The notes: generated from the sequence alone by a model not told the origin. Numbered from the stretch's first letter, positions 30,204 to 42,029 are shown. The stretch is DNA of 56,454 nucleotides from Bacteroidota bacterium (GCA_046340555.1 JBKDSL010000168.1:1-56454); one strand, 5' to 3'. Numbers and translations: made by a program.

Positions 30204-31220
30204 ATGGATTCATTGACTCAAATCGTATTGGGCGCTGCCGTTGGGGAGGTGCTTCTTGGCAGGAAATTGGGCAACAAAGCCATGCTACTTGGTGCCATAG
30301 GAGGGACTATTCCTGATTTGGACGTCATTTATAATTTTTTCGACTCCAATGCTGCTAGCCATTTGCGTGCGCACAGGGGATATTCTCATTCCGTTTTCAC
30401 TCATTTCGTTTTAGCTATTCCACTGGCATGGTGGGGGGCAAAAGTGTCCGACAAGATACCCTCGTTCAAACGATGGTACTTGTTTTGGTTCTTGACCCTT
30501 TTCACGCATGCTTTGTTGGATTGCTTTACCACCTATGGTACACGATTATTGCTTCCATTCACCGATTATCAAGTAGCCTTCAACAATATTGCCGTGGTGG
30601 ATCCCTTGTACACGGTTCCTTTTCTTTTGCTGCTACTTTCAGCCATGTTCATCAAGCGAACATCCAACTTAAGAAATCATTTGGCTTGGAGTGGAATTGT
30701 GGTCAGTAGTGTGTATATGTTGGTCACATTGGGCCTGAAATACCAGGCGCACCAGTTATTCCTTGCCGACCTCGAGCGTAAGGGGATTACGAACGTGGAA
30801 TTGAATGCCACGCCAACCATTTTCAACTCCATTCTTTGGAGTGCCCAGGCATACGATGATGATTCGGTGCGATTTGCTGAGTATTCCTACCTGAAGCCTG
30901 AGATGCCAATTGAGTGGATATCCTATCCTAGAAACGGTCAGATGCTGAATGGACTGATGAGCCGCGACGTGGAAACAGCTTTATGGTTCAGTGATGGCGT
31001 GTGGTTTGTGGTTCCCTCAACCCAGGGTGGGGTTAATCTATACAGCGCCAAATTCGGAAGAATCAATTACGACACCAATAATCCGGAGGATGCTTTCTTT
31101 TTCTATTGGCATATTTACACGAAAAATGACGAAGTTTTTTGCGACCAAGCATCCCGTAAAAGAACCGAAGGCGATATGCAACAAGCCTGGGTTAAGTTGA
31201 TAGATAGGATTGGGATATAA
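30204..31220 (+). CDS. Inner-membrane metal-dependent hydrolase (YdjM-like)
   Basis: MDSLTQ, PDLD, HRGYSHS, HALLD.FTTYGT and DPLYT motifs. Confidence 0.9.
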   Translation: MDSLTQIVLGAAVGEVLLGRKLGNKAMLLGAIGGTIPDLDVIYNFFDSNAASHLRAHRGYSHSVFTHFVLAIPLAWWGAKVSDKIPSFKRWYLFWFLTLFTHALLDCFTTYGTRLLLPFTDYQVAFNNIAVVDPLYTVPFLLLLLSAMFIKRTSNLRNHLAWSGIVVSSVYMLVTLGLKYQAHQLFLADLERKGITNVELNATPTIFNSILWSAQAYDDDSVRFAEYSYLKPEMPIEWISYPRNGQMLNGLMSRDVETALWFSDGVWFVVPSTQGGVNLYSAKFGRINYDTNNPEDAFFFYWHIYTKNDEVFCDQASRKRTEGDMQQAWVKLIDRIGI

Positions 31221-31323
31221 AAATCTACGTGTATTTGATCAGCTGTACGATAAGTGGAATGAGACAGGCTACATGTGACAAGTCCCTGCTACCACTGTTG
31301 CTTGTCAACATTGCCATCCGCTT

Positions 31324-32562
31324 CTACTTTCCACTCAGCACCTCCATTATCCTCTGCGTTGCTCCGGCGTTTTGTTTTACGTGCTCTGTGTTGATGGTTT
31401 TGATTCGCTCACGAATTGATTGGCCGCTGAGGAGTTCAGACACCTTTTGCTGCAGTGATTGGCTGTCGTGGATGGCAAATGCTCCTCCAGCTTTAGTCAG
31501 CTCCACGGCTTCACGAAAACGATGGTAATTGGGTCCAAACAAAACGGGTGGTCCGAATACAGCTGCCTCTAAGATATTATGTATTCCAACGCCGAACCCT
31601 CCGCCCACATAAGCAATATCAGCGTACTTGTAAATCCGTGATAGCAATCCTACGGAGTCCACCACCACACAAGATGCCTTTATGTGATTTTGATTCCATT
31701 TAGAATAAGCCACGGCCTGATCGCCAAACAAACTCAGTGTTTTTTGTATTCCTGTTTGCGAAATCTCATGCGGCACAATAATGATTTTCAAATCACCGGA
31801 TTTGTATTGTGCCAAATCACAGAGTAGAATCTCATCCTTTGGCCAGGTGCTTCCAGCCACTAAAACAACACTTCCTATAATCCATTTTTCGAATACGTTT
31901 GTGTCATCTGAAAAACTGGCATTCGCAACCACTCGATCGTAGCGCGTATCCCCGGCAAGGGTCACATTCGAAAATCCTATGCTAGCAAGCAATTGCATGG
32001 AGCGATCATCTTGAACGAAAAATCGGGTGACACACTTCAGCATTTTCCGCTGCAAGCCGCCATACCATTTGAAGAACACATGTGTGTCTCTGAAAATTGC
32101 CGACACCATATAGGTAGGTATGCCAAGGGTTTTGAGTTCATGCAGATAGAAGTACCAATACTCATATTTCACAAAAAACGCGGCTGCGGGCTTGATCATG
32201 GAAACAAAATCATGCGCGTTTTTAGGATTGTCAATCGGGAGATAGCAAACCACATCCGCGCCAGCGAAACCCTTGCGCACTTCGTAGCCTGAGGGCGAAA
32301 AAAATGTCAAAACCAATCGGTGATTTGGAAAAGCTTCACGGATGCGCTCTATCACGGGGCGCCCTTGCTCGAACTCTCCCAAAGAAGCGCAATGGAACCA
32401 AACGGATGGAGTAGAGTCCGCTGCAGGGATCCTGTCCAGTAACTTCAATCGCCAATCTTTTCGTCCAGTAACAAACAGCCTGGCTTTTTCTTTGAATAGT
32501 GATGCAATGCGGATGCCGATATCGTATCCGCCAATGGCCATCTTATAAATCAATAAAAGCAT
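31324..32562 (-). CDS. waaA: 3-deoxy-D-manno-octulosonic acid transferase
   Basis: WFHCASLGE, TFFSPSG, GDTRYD, AGSTW and GGGF..GIHNILEAA motifs. Confidence 0.95.
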   Translation of the reverse strand: MLLLIYKMAIGGYDIGIRIASLFKEKARLFVTGRKDWRLKLLDRIPAADSTPSVWFHCASLGEFEQGRPVIERIREAFPNHRLVLTFFSPSGYEVRKGFAGADVVCYLPIDNPKNAHDFVSMIKPAAAFFVKYEYWYFYLHELKTLGIPTYMVSAIFRDTHVFFKWYGGLQRKMLKCVTRFFVQDDRSMQLLASIGFSNVTLAGDTRYDRVVANASFSDDTNVFEKWIIGSVVLVAGSTWPKDEILLCDLAQYKSGDLKIIIVPHEISQTGIQKTLSLFGDQAVAYSKWNQNHIKASCVVVDSVGLLSRIYKYADIAYVGGGFGVGIHNILEAAVFGPPVLFGPNYHRFREAVELTKAGGAFAIHDSQSLQQKVSELLSGQSIRERIKTINTEHVKQNAGATQRIMEVLSGK

Positions 32563-33323
32563 CAGTAGAAATAAAACGCCTTGGGCTTTTTCTTATACAG
32601 TGGCATCGTCCATCCAAGCTTGAACCCATACATTAGGTCAAGGCGCTTTCCTCGTTCTATATCGGGGTTATCGAATACATAATCTCTTCGAAGCTCCGTA
32701 AAACCTTGAATGAATTCGAACCCTCCATAAAAGTTGGTAAGCTGTCTGTTGCTGAAGTAAACAAATCCAATGAATTCATGAAGACGGAAACCGTTGGTGA
32801 GCCTGTCGTAGCCTTTCTTGTAGTCGTCGCGTAATGCTGGCACCGTATTACCGATATCTTCTATTCGGATTTTGTGTTGTATGAACCCTGGACCCATCAG
32901 CAGCATGATGCCACTGTTTGGATTGGGTTTTTTGAAGGAGAAAATCTTGCCGAAGGATGCCCCCACGTGATATCCACGCTCGAACAATCTGATTTCAGCA
33001 TAAAGCCCATCGAGACCTATGATTTGCTGTTCGGGTGTGTACAAGTCCGAAAGCAAACCGGGTTCCTTGATATTGTCGCCAAAGATGAAGCCCGTGGATA
33101 AGCCATAGAGGAAATTGTGCTTGTCTTTGTACAACACTTCCCCGCCCAACATGCTGTTAAAGCCGAACCGTTTGGCTAAATCGCCCCCTGGTTGGTAATA
33201 TCCAAACGCCACATTGAAAAAGGGGAAACGGATGACCGTATCTCGCACACCACTTTGTGCATAGGTCTGAAAACCAATTACTAATAACAGCAATGAGAGT
33301 AATCCCGATTTTCGAATTCGCAT
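32562..33323 (-). CDS. Hypothetical outer-membrane beta-barrel-like protein
   Basis: Signal peptide; alternating aromatic/hydrophobic beta-strands; aromatic C-terminus FYFY. Confidence 0.6.
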   Translation of the reverse strand: MRIRKSGLLSLLLLVIGFQTYAQSGVRDTVIRFPFFNVAFGYYQPGGDLAKRFGFNSMLGGEVLYKDKHNFLYGLSTGFIFGDNIKEPGLLSDLYTPEQQIIGLDGLYAEIRLFERGYHVGASFGKIFSFKKPNPNSGIMLLMGPGFIQHKIRIEDIGNTVPALRDDYKKGYDRLTNGFRLHEFIGFVYFSNRQLTNFYGGFEFIQGFTELRRDYVFDNPDIERGKRLDLMYGFKLGWTMPLYKKKPKAFYFY

Positions 33324-33555
33324 GTCAGCCGATGGTCTTTTGAATGCTGAAAATTAGTCATTTTAATAGCTGTAGCATGCTGGCGACTTTTATGTTATTG
33401 TTATTCAAATGATTATATACCTATTTGTTTTCGTTGGGGCTAAAGCTCAAGCAACCCCTTCCGCCATCAATAGTTTTTGATTTACAAGGAGTTTCAGTTC
33501 ATTTTAAGACGGTCACTTGGCTCGAATCAATATCTTTGCACCCCAATAGAATTCG

Positions 33556-34686
33556 ATGCAAAAGCTAGCCATGGTCGACCTGCTCGGCCAATACCAAAAA
33601 ATCAAGTCCGAGATCGACAAGGACGGAATGGATGTTATCGCATCATCCGCCTACATTAACGGACCGGAAGTGAAGTCCTTTCAAAAAGACTTGGAAGACT
33701 ATCTTCATTGCAAACATGTAATTCCGTGTGCCAATGGAACCGATGCCTTGCAGATTGCTATGATGGCACTTAAGCTGGAGCCGGGCGATGAAGTTATCAC
33801 CGCCGATTTCACCTACGCCGCTACAGCGGAAGTAATAGGTTTGCTCAGGCTGACACCCGTTTTGGTGGACGTACTGCCTGACACTTTCACCATTGATCCG
33901 GATGCGCTCGAAAAAGCCATCACACCTAAAACCAAAGCCATTGTACCTGTTCATTTGTTCGGGCAGTGTGCACAGATGGAGCGCGTAATGGCGATCGCAC
34001 GCAAACACAATTTATATGTGATTGAGGATACAGCTCAAGCCATAGGAGCAGACTATCATTTCAGTGATGGCACATCTAGCAAAGCTGGTACTATTGGAAC
34101 TATAGGATGTACCTCCTTCTTTCCTTCTAAAAATCTAGGTTGCTATGGTGATGGCGGCGCCATTTTCACGAATGACGATGAGTTGGCGGCTCGCATACGC
34201 ATGATTGCCAATCACGGACAAAGCGTACAATATTATCACGATGAAATAGGTGTGAATTCCCGTCTCGACAGCATTCAAGCTGCAGTCCTTCGCATCAAAT
34301 TGCGTCACTTGGATGAGTATGCTAATGCCCGCAATCGCGTGGCTGCATATTACGATGAGGCCTTCGCGAATCATCCTGGTGTTACCATCCCCGTAAGGGA
34401 ACAAAGCTCCACGCATGTGTTTCACCAGTATACATTGGTGATGAATGGAAAAGACCGAAATGCCATGAAGGATTTCTTGGCTACCAAAGGTGTTCCCGCT
34501 ATGATTTATTATCCCGTTCCATTGCACTTGCAAAAGGCTTATACCGATCCTAGATATCGCGAGGGCGATTTTCCGATCACAGAGCGTTTGTGTGCAAACG
34601 TCATTTCGTTGCCTATGCACACCGAGATGGATGACGAACAATTGTCATACATCACGTCGTGCGTACTTGAATTCCTGAACAGTTAA
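33556..34686 (+). CDS. DegT/DnrJ/EryC1/StrS PLP-dependent aminotransferase (WbpE/PorR-like)
   Basis: ANGTDAL, VHLFGQ, IEDTAQA, SFFPSKNLG and NSRLD motifs; -7 element TATCTTTG at 33531. Confidence 0.93.
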   Translation: MQKLAMVDLLGQYQKIKSEIDKDGMDVIASSAYINGPEVKSFQKDLEDYLHCKHVIPCANGTDALQIAMMALKLEPGDEVITADFTYAATAEVIGLLRLTPVLVDVLPDTFTIDPDALEKAITPKTKAIVPVHLFGQCAQMERVMAIARKHNLYVIEDTAQAIGADYHFSDGTSSKAGTIGTIGCTSFFPSKNLGCYGDGGAIFTNDDELAARIRMIANHGQSVQYYHDEIGVNSRLDSIQAAVLRIKLRHLDEYANARNRVAAYYDEAFANHPGVTIPVREQSSTHVFHQYTLVMNGKDRNAMKDFLATKGVPAMIYYPVPLHLQKAYTDPRYREGDFPITERLCANVISLPMHTEMDDEQLSYITSCVLEFLNS

Positions 34687-34707
34687 ACTTAGATTGAAAA
34701 CCACTAT

Positions 34708-36018
34708 ATGAACATCGCTGTTGTTGGTACTGGATATGTCGGATTGGTGACCGGAACCTGTTTTGCCGAAATGGGCAATCAAGTGGTCTGCGTTGATATC
34801 GACGCTCAAAAGGTTGAGGCCATGAAACAAGGTCGCATTCCGATCTATGAGCCACATCTCGATGTATTATTCGAGCGGAACATCAAACAAGGCAGGCTCA
34901 GTTTCACTACTGATTTGGAGTCGGCCGTTAAGCCAGCACAAATCATTTTCCTTGCGCTGCCAACACCTCCTGGTGAGGATGGCTCTGCGGATTTGAGCTA
35001 TGTGCTGGGTGTGGCTTCCAAGTTGGGAGGAATCATCGACACCTACAAAGTTATTGTGAACAAGAGCACAGTGCCAGTTGGTACTGCGGAAAAGGTCAGC
35101 TCTGCCATAGCGGCAACATGCAAGTCGGAGTTTGATGTGGTTTCCAATCCCGAGTTTTTGCGCGAAGGATTTGCCGTGGATGATTTCATGAAGCCCGACC
35201 GCGTGGTTATTGGTACTGATTCCGAGAAGGCCCGCAAATTGATGGGTGATTTGTACGCACCCTTTGTCAGGCAGGGCAATCCCATTTACATGATGGATGC
35301 CCGTTCATCCGAACTCACCAAATACGCCGCCAATGCATTTTTGGCAACCAAGATTACTTTCATGAATGAAATCGCCAACTTGTGCGAACGCACTGGAGCG
35401 AATGTGGATATGGTTCGTATTGGAATCGGGTCGGATGATCGCATCGGTAAACGTTTCTTGTTCGCAGGTATCGGATATGGTGGAAGTTGTTTTCCTAAAG
35501 ATGTGCAAGCCTTGGCTAAGACAGCAGATGAGTACGGATATGATTTCCGTGTGCTGGATTCAGTTATGACGGTGAACGCCACGCAGCGCACCATCATCTT
35601 TGACAAGATCATGAAGCATTTCGGCAACGACATCCGCGGTAAGCGTATTGCAGTATGGGGCCTCGCATTCAAGCCAGACACCGATGACATTCGCGAAGCG
35701 CCCGCACTGTTCCTGATTGAAAAACTGTTGGCGGCAGGCGCATCCGTTTCTGTATTCGATCCAGAGGCCATGAACAATGTGCAAAAATCATTCGGTGATC
35801 GCATTCACTACGCGTCCGACCAATATGAGGCGATTAAGGATTCAGATGCCCTCTTGATTGCAACTGAGTGGGCCGTTTTCCGCACGCCAGACTTTGAACG
35901 CATGTCGTCATTGATGAAATCCAAATCTGTGTTCGACGGACGTAATCTTTACGATCCACAAAAGATGCAGCAAATGGGATATCACTATGATAGCATTGGC
36001 CGACCTGTTCTCAAATGA
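34708..36018 (+). CDS. ugd: UDP-glucose 6-dehydrogenase
   Basis: [32 protein letters not shown] and [10 protein letters not shown] motifs. Confidence 0.93.
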   Translation: MNIAVVGTGYVGLVTGTCFAEMGNQVVCVDIDAQKVEAMKQGRIPIYEPHLDVLFERNIKQGRLSFTTDLESAVKPAQIIFLALPTPPGEDGSADLSYVLGVASKLGGIIDTYKVIVNKSTVPVGTAEKVSSAIAATCKSEFDVVSNPEFLREGFAVDDFMKPDRVVIGTDSEKARKLMGDLYAPFVRQGNPIYMMDARSSELTKYAANAFLATKITFMNEIANLCERTGANVDMVRIGIGSDDRIGKRFLFAGIGYGGSCFPKDVQALAKTADEYGYDFRVLDSVMTVNATQRTIIFDKIMKHFGNDIRGKRIAVWGLAFKPDTDDIREAPALFLIEKLLAAGASVSVFDPEAMNNVQKSFGDRIHYASDQYEAIKDSDALLIATEWAVFRTPDFERMSSLMKSKSVFDGRNLYDPQKMQQMGYHYDSIGRPVLK

Positions 36019-37010
36019 TTCAAGACATGACTGATACAAGAAAAAAACGCATACTCATAACCGGAGCAGCCGGTTTCCTAGGATCCCACTTGTGTGACCG
36101 GTTCATTCGTGAGGGTTACAAGGTAGTGGGCATGGATAACCTGATTACGGGTGATTTGGTGAACATCCAGCATCTGTTCAAGCTGGAGGATTTCGAATTC
36201 TACCATCACGACGTCAGCAAATTCGTATTCGTTCCAGGCGAGCTGGATTACATTTTGCATTTCGCGTCACCTGCAAGTCCGATCGACTATTTGAAGATAC
36301 CCATTCAGACTTTGAAAGTAGGTTCGTTGGGAACACATAACCTGCGTGGTTTGGCGCGAGTGAAAAAAGCGCGAATACTGGTGGCATCCACCTCGGAAGT
36401 TTATGGCGATCCGACCGTACATCCGCAAACAGAAGATTATTGGGGGAATGTCAACCCTGTTGGTCCTCGTGGTGTATATGATGAAGCCAAGCGTTTTCAA
36501 GAAGCCATAACCATGGCATATCATACCTACCACGGAGTGGAGACCAGGATTGTCAGGATATTCAACACATATGGTCCACGTATGCGACTTAATGACGGAC
36601 GGGTTTTGCCAGCGTTCATCGGACAAGCATTGCGCGGTGAGGATTTGACCGTTTTCGGAGATGGGTCCCAAACACGTTCCTTTTGTTATGTTGACGATTT
36701 GATTGAAGGTATTTACCGGTTGTTGATGAGTGATTATGTTTATCCAGTCAACGTCGGCAATCCCTCCGAAATCACCATACGTGAATTCGGCGAGGAGATT
36801 TTGAAATTGACCGGTTCGGATGTCAAGATGATCATGAAGCCGCTCCCACAAGATGATCCCAAACAACGCAGGCCCGATATCAGCAAGGCTAAAGAGATCT
36901 TGGGTTGGGAGCCTAAAGTCGATAGGGCAGAAGGACTTCGTCGAACTTATGAATACTTCAAATCTTTGCCCCAAGAAGAATTATACAAAACCGCTTACCG
37001 CTTCAGCTGA
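36015..37010 (+). CDS. UDP-glucuronic acid decarboxylase (UDP-xylose synthase)
   Basis: [31 protein letters not shown] and RIFNTYGP motifs. Confidence 0.92.
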   Translation: MIQDMTDTRKKRILITGAAGFLGSHLCDRFIREGYKVVGMDNLITGDLVNIQHLFKLEDFEFYHHDVSKFVFVPGELDYILHFASPASPIDYLKIPIQTLKVGSLGTHNLRGLARVKKARILVASTSEVYGDPTVHPQTEDYWGNVNPVGPRGVYDEAKRFQEAITMAYHTYHGVETRIVRIFNTYGPRMRLNDGRVLPAFIGQALRGEDLTVFGDGSQTRSFCYVDDLIEGIYRLLMSDYVYPVNVGNPSEITIREFGEEILKLTGSDVKMIMKPLPQDDPKQRRPDISKAKEILGWEPKVDRAEGLRRTYEYFKSLPQEELYKTAYRFS

Positions 37011-37594
37011 TGTCAAACACTGAGTACTTTGTACATGAGTCATCTTACGTGGATGAGGGTTGCGTGATCGGAAATGGAACCAAGGTCTGGCATTTTTCCC
37101 ACATCATGCCTGGATGTACGATTGGCATGAATTGCAATATCGGTCAAAATGTAGTCATCTCCACAGGCGTTGTATTGGGCAACAATGTGAAAATACAGAA
37201 CAACGTTTCAGTTTATACCGGAGTTAAATGCGAAGATGATGTATTCCTTGGCCCCAGCATGGTATTCACCAACGTGACCAATCCACGCAGTGCGGTGAAT
37301 CGACGTGGTGAGTATAAAGAGACTTTGGTGGGCAAAGGTGCTACTATTGGTGCTAATGCCACCATCGTTTGCGGACATAACATCGGTGCTTATGCATTCA
37401 TAGGAGCCGGTGCTGTGGTAACCAAGAATATTCCTGATTTTGCTTTGGTAGTGGGCAACCCTGCGAGGCAAACCGGTTGGATGAGCCGTTATGGCCATCG
37501 CCTTTCCTTTGATGGGCATGGTATCGGAGTTTGTCCTGAAAGCGGAGAAAAATATATGTTGGAGAACGGCCTCGTGTCAATTATCAATTCTTAG
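37010..37594 (+). CDS. Hexapeptide-repeat N-acetyltransferase (WbpD/WlbB-like)
   Basis: [26 protein letters not shown] and GANATI left-handed beta-helix motifs. Confidence 0.9.
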   Translation: MSNTEYFVHESSYVDEGCVIGNGTKVWHFSHIMPGCTIGMNCNIGQNVVISTGVVLGNNVKIQNNVSVYTGVKCEDDVFLGPSMVFTNVTNPRSAVNRRGEYKETLVGKGATIGANATIVCGHNIGAYAFIGAGAVVTKNIPDFALVVGNPARQTGWMSRYGHRLSFDGHGIGVCPESGEKYMLENGLVSIINS

Positions 37595-37595
37595 T

Positions 37596-38615
37596 ATGTC
37601 AGTTAAAATTCGATTTGCAATCATAGGATTCGGACACATCGGTAAGCGCCATGCTGAAATGGTGCGCCGAGACCCCGATGCTGAGTTGGTTGCGGTGTGT
37701 GATATCGTTAATCAGGACACATCCAATTTTGGTGTACCGTTTTTCAATTCAGCTGAAGCTATGTTCGATTCCGGTTTGGAATTTGATGTCGTCAATGTTT
37801 GCACACCCAACGGCCTTCATGCCGAACATGCCATGGCGGCTATTCAACGAGGAAAGCATGTGGTGGTTGAAAAGCCGATGGCTTTATCCAAAGCCGACTG
37901 CGAGCGATTGATTCATGCGGGATTGGCCAAGGGTGTCAATATTTTCTGTGTGATGCAGAATAGGTATTCTCCTCCAGCCAAATGGTTGAAGGAGGTTGTT
38001 GATGGTGGCTTATTGGGTGACACGTACATGGTGCAGCTCAATTGCTATTGGAACCGCGACGACCGTTATTATAAGAAAGGAGGATGGAAGGGGTCATCCG
38101 ACTTAGACGGTGGAACATTGTTTACCCAGTTTTCCCACTTCGTGGATATCATGTATTGGGTGTTCGGAGACATATCTGACATTCAAGGAAAGTTTGCTGA
38201 TTTCTGTCACCAGGAATCCACCGATTTTGAAGACAGCGGCATGGTTACATTCCGTTTTCTTCGGGGCGGCATCGGCTGTATTAATTATTCCACCGCAGTA
38301 TGGGATCGCAACATGGAATCCTCGATTACGGTAACAGGCAGCAATGGTGCACTGAAAATCGGTGGACAATACATGAACGAGGTGGAGTATTGCCATATCA
38401 AGGATTATGTGATGCCAACGTTGGAGGAGTCCTCTCCTGCCAATGACTATGGTGCTTACAAGGGTTCTGCATCCAACCACCACTTCATCATACGCAACGT
38501 AATTGAAACATTGCAAGGTAAAACCACCATCACCACCAATGCCTTGGAGGGTTTGAAAGTGGTAGAGATAATTGAATCCATCTACAATGTGCGTAACAAC
38601 GCATCTTCACGATAA
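37596..38615 (+). CDS. Gfo/Idh/MocA oxidoreductase (WbpB/WlbA-like sugar 3-dehydrogenase)
   Basis: GFGHIG, CTPNGLH, VEKPMA, QNRY and DGGTL..Q.SH motifs; ATG at 37596. Confidence 0.9.
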   Translation: MSVKIRFAIIGFGHIGKRHAEMVRRDPDAELVAVCDIVNQDTSNFGVPFFNSAEAMFDSGLEFDVVNVCTPNGLHAEHAMAAIQRGKHVVVEKPMALSKADCERLIHAGLAKGVNIFCVMQNRYSPPAKWLKEVVDGGLLGDTYMVQLNCYWNRDDRYYKKGGWKGSSDLDGGTLFTQFSHFVDIMYWVFGDISDIQGKFADFCHQESTDFEDSGMVTFRFLRGGIGCINYSTAVWDRNMESSITVTGSNGALKIGGQYMNEVEYCHIKDYVMPTLEESSPANDYGAYKGSASNHHFIIRNVIETLQGKTTITTNALEGLKVVEIIESIYNVRNNASSR

Positions 38616-38626
38616 AAAACTTGAGT

Positions 38627-39916
38627 ATGCTTAAAGAAATACTATCAGGAGAGAAAAAGGTAGGAGTTATTGGCCTCGGATATGTAGGCTTGCCTATCGC
38701 TTTGGAGTTTGCCCGCAAAGTCGGTGTAATCGGCTTCGACATCAACCCCAAACGAGTGGAAATGATGCGCAATAACATTGATCCAAGTGGAGAGCTGGAT
38801 TCCGAAGCTTTTAAGAATTGCAATATCGTGTTCACCGACTCGGAAGATGTATTGCGTGAAGCCGCTTTTTTCATAGTGGCTGTGCCCACACCTATTGATG
38901 AGCATCGTTTGCCTGATCTAAAGCCGGTTTTATCCGCTTCTGCCACCATTGGACGTATTTTGAAACGTGGTGATTATGTGATTTTTGAATCTACCGTTTA
39001 TCCTGGTTGTACAGAGGACGACTGCCTTCCTGTAATCGAAGGGCTTTCGGGTTTGAAACACGGTGTCGATTTCAAAATCGGTTACTCGCCCGAGCGAATC
39101 AATCCAGGTGACAAGGAACATACGTTGCCCAATATCGTAAAGGTGGTTTCTGGTTGTGATGCCGAATCTCTTGAGGAGATTGCTGGTGTCTACGAAATCG
39201 TGGTTAAGGCCGGAGTGCACAAGGCTTCCTCTATCAAAGTGGCTGAAGCTGCCAAAATCATCGAGAATACGCAGCGTGACGTGAACATCGCCTTGATGAA
39301 TGAGCTCTCCATAATTTTCAACAAGATGGGCATTAACACCTTCGAAGTGTTGGAAGCCGCAGGTACTAAATGGAATTTCCTTAATTTCAAGCCAGGGCTT
39401 GTTGGAGGACATTGCATCGGCGTAGATCCTTATTACCTAACCTACAAGGCACAGGAATTGGGATACCATGCGCAAATCATCAACAGCGGTCGTAGCGTGA
39501 ACGACTCCATGGGGTTCTATGTAACCAAACAGACCGTTAAGAAATTGATTGCAGCCGGAAAGGACCCGGGCAAATCCAAAGTATTGGTGATGGGTGCAAC
39601 CTTCAAGGAGGATGTAGAGGATATCCGTAATTCAAAAGTGGCGGATGTAGTGAATGAATTTATTTCATACGGAGTAACCGTACACGTGATAGATCCGCAC
39701 GCTGACTCGGATGAGTTGAAACATGAGTACGGTTTCGGACTCGTTGAGAAGCCAGATAATGATTACGATGCCATAATATTGGCAGTAAACCATAAGGATT
39801 ATGCTGGTTTGAATGAATCCCAAATGCAATCGATGTGTAGCGAAAAGCCGGTAATTGTGGATTTGAAAGGCGTGATGCGTGGTAAAATTAAAAACATGAC
39901 TTACTGGAGCTTGTGA
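38627..39916 (+). CDS. UDP-N-acetylhexosamine 6-dehydrogenase (WbpA/WbpO/TviB-like)
   Basis: GLGYVGLP, ESTVYPG, SPERINPG, ENTQRD and GGHCIGVDP motifs. Confidence 0.92.
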   Translation: MLKEILSGEKKVGVIGLGYVGLPIALEFARKVGVIGFDINPKRVEMMRNNIDPSGELDSEAFKNCNIVFTDSEDVLREAAFFIVAVPTPIDEHRLPDLKPVLSASATIGRILKRGDYVIFESTVYPGCTEDDCLPVIEGLSGLKHGVDFKIGYSPERINPGDKEHTLPNIVKVVSGCDAESLEEIAGVYEIVVKAGVHKASSIKVAEAAKIIENTQRDVNIALMNELSIIFNKMGINTFEVLEAAGTKWNFLNFKPGLVGGHCIGVDPYYLTYKAQELGYHAQIINSGRSVNDSMGFYVTKQTVKKLIAAGKDPGKSKVLVMGATFKEDVEDIRNSKVADVVNEFISYGVTVHVIDPHADSDELKHEYGFGLVEKPDNDYDAIILAVNHKDYAGLNESQMQSMCSEKPVIVDLKGVMRGKIKNMTYWSL

Positions 39917-39924
39917 TTTACTGA

Positions 39925-40971
39925 ATGGCGGACAAGAAAAGGATATTAGTAACGGGAGGAGCAGGATTCATTGGCTCTCATACGGTCGTGCAACTCATCG
40001 AGGCCGGCTTTGATGTATACGTGGTCGACGATCTCTCTAATGCTCATGCTCATGTGTTGGATGCCATAGCAAGCATTACAGGTGTGAAACCGGGATTCAC
40101 CTGCTTTGACTTATGTGATTCAGCTAAAACAAAAAAGCTTTTTGCTGAAATAAAACCAGATGCAGTGATTCATTTTGCCGCCAAGAAACTGGTTGGCGAG
40201 TCGGTGCAAAATCCGTTGTTGTACTACAAAACCAATTTGCAATCCTTGGTCAATGTGGTTGAAGCCTCCATTGAAAATGGTTGTCACAAGATTGTTTTTT
40301 CCTCTTCTTGCACCGTTTACGGGCAACCCGATCAAAATCCGGTAAGCGAAAATGCGCCACTCAAGAAACCTGAGTCTCCTTACGGTAATACCAAGCGTAT
40401 CTGTGAAGAGATTTTACAAGATACCGTGAAAGCTCAAAACTTACAGGTGGTTTCATTAAGATATTTCAACCCAGTGGGGGCACATGCCAGTGCAATGATT
40501 GGCGAGTATCCGCTGGGTGCTCCTTCCAACCTGATGCCGGTATTAACACAAACTGCTATTGGAAAAAGGCCAGGGTTCAGCATCTTCGGCAATGATTACA
40601 ATACGCCTGATGGTACTTGCGTCCGCGATTATATTCATGTTGTTGATTTGGCCAATGCCCACGTTGCAGCCATCCATCTTTTGCTGAACAGGGATAATAC
40701 TCCGGTATATCTTGTTTACAATATAGGAACCGGTTCAGGTGTTTCCGTGAAGGAGATTGTGGATGCATTCGAGCGGGTCAATGGATTGAAGTTGAATTAT
40801 GAGTATGCCCCTCGTCGAGCTGGCGATGTCGAGCAGGTATGGGCCAACAACAGCATGGCTTTGAAGGAGCTTGGTTGGAAAGCCGAGATAGGCCTCGACC
40901 AAATGGTGGCAAGCGCTTGGAAATGGGAGCAACATTTGAATAAATACGAAAAATCGATTCAGCAATCATGA
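39925..40971 (+). CDS. galE: UDP-glucose 4-epimerase
   Basis: GGAGFIGSH, VGESV, FSSSCTVYG, YGNTK, LRYFNP and DGTCVRDYIHV motifs. Confidence 0.95.
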   Translation: MADKKRILVTGGAGFIGSHTVVQLIEAGFDVYVVDDLSNAHAHVLDAIASITGVKPGFTCFDLCDSAKTKKLFAEIKPDAVIHFAAKKLVGESVQNPLLYYKTNLQSLVNVVEASIENGCHKIVFSSSCTVYGQPDQNPVSENAPLKKPESPYGNTKRICEEILQDTVKAQNLQVVSLRYFNPVGAHASAMIGEYPLGAPSNLMPVLTQTAIGKRPGFSIFGNDYNTPDGTCVRDYIHVVDLANAHVAAIHLLLNRDNTPVYLVYNIGTGSGVSVKEIVDAFERVNGLKLNYEYAPRRAGDVEQVWANNSMALKELGWKAEIGLDQMVASAWKWEQHLNKYEKSIQQS

Positions 40972-42029
40972 GGATTCTCATCACCGGTGGTGCCGGCTTC
41001 ATTGGAAGTCATGTGGTACGCAGATTCGTAAAGCGCTATCCACAATACCATATCATAAACTTGGATGCTCTAACCTATGCAGGTAACTTAGAGAACATCA
41101 AGGATGTTCAAGAATTATCCAACCATACTTTCGTCAAGGGTGATATCACCGATGCTGATTTCATAGATGGACTTTTCGCACTTGAAAACATCGATGCCGT
41201 CATACATTTGGCTGCAGAGTCACATGTGGACCGTAGTATTACCGATCCATTGGTATTCGTTAAAACAAATGTACTTGGTACTGCCACCTTATTGAATGCA
41301 GCGCGTCGAGCATGGAAAACAGAAGATGGATTCAAGCCAGGCTGCAGGTTTTACCATGTTTCAACCGACGAAGTATATGGCTCCTTAGGTGAAACAGGAT
41401 TCTTTACGGAAACAACTCCTTACGATCCGCGTAGTCCATATTCCGCTTCCAAGGCTTCATCCGACCACCTGGTACGTGCCTATGGTCATACCTATGCAAT
41501 GCCTGTTGTTATCTCCAACTGCTCCAATAATTATGGTTCGCACCATTTTCCTGAAAAGTTGATCCCATTGATGATTAATAACGTGATGAACATGACGCCG
41601 CTTCCTGTATATGGGAAAGGTGATAACGTCCGTGATTGGCTCTGGGTAGAAGACCACGCCTCTGCAATTGAAGTGATCTTTCATAAGGGGTTGAATGGTG
41701 AAACTTACAACATCGGCGGGAACAACGAATGGAAAAACATTGACTTGGTAATGTTGCTTTGCAAGCTGATGGATGAGAAACTGAATCGTGAGCCTGGTGC
41801 TTCCGCCAAATTGATTACCTATGTGAAGGATCGTGCTGGCCATGACCAACGTTATGCCATAGATGCATCCAAACTCAAAAGAGAATTGGGCTGGGAACCA
41901 TCCATACAATTCGAAGAAGGTCTGTCCAAAACCATCGATTGGTATCTGTCAAACAAGGATTGGGTGGAGCATGTCACTAGTGGAGAGTATCTCAATTATT
42001 ACGAACAACAATATCATTCGCGTCACTGA
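40968..42029 (+). CDS. rfbB: dTDP-glucose 4,6-dehydratase
   Basis: DALTYAG, AAESHVDRS, STDEVYG, YSASK and SNNYG..HFPEK motifs. Confidence 0.96.
   Translation: MRILITGGAGFIGSHVVRRFVKRYPQYHIINLDALTYAGNLENIKDVQELSNHTFVKGDITDADFIDGLFALENIDAVIHLAAESHVDRSITDPLVFVKTNVLGTATLLNAARRAWKTEDGFKPGCRFYHVSTDEVYGSLGETGFFTETTPYDPRSPYSASKASSDHLVRAYGHTYAMPVVISNCSNNYGSHHFPEKLIPLMINNVMNMTPLPVYGKGDNVRDWLWVEDHASAIEVIFHKGLNGETYNIGGNNEWKNIDLVMLLCKLMDEKLNREPGASAKLITYVKDRAGHDQRYAIDASKLKRELGWEPSIQFEEGLSKTIDWYLSNKDWVEHVTSGEYLNYYEQQYHSRH

Noticed and set aside
33324-33555. Invertible (phase-variable) promoter upstream of the sugar operon
   Set aside because: No convincing inverted repeats bracketing the -7 element and no recombinase nearby
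9100-41610. Isolated odd residues at normally conserved positions (e.g. Com[19 protein letters not shown], WaaA FGPPV)
   Set aside because: More likely consensus errors of a low-coverage assembly or neutral variants; cannot be evaluated without reads
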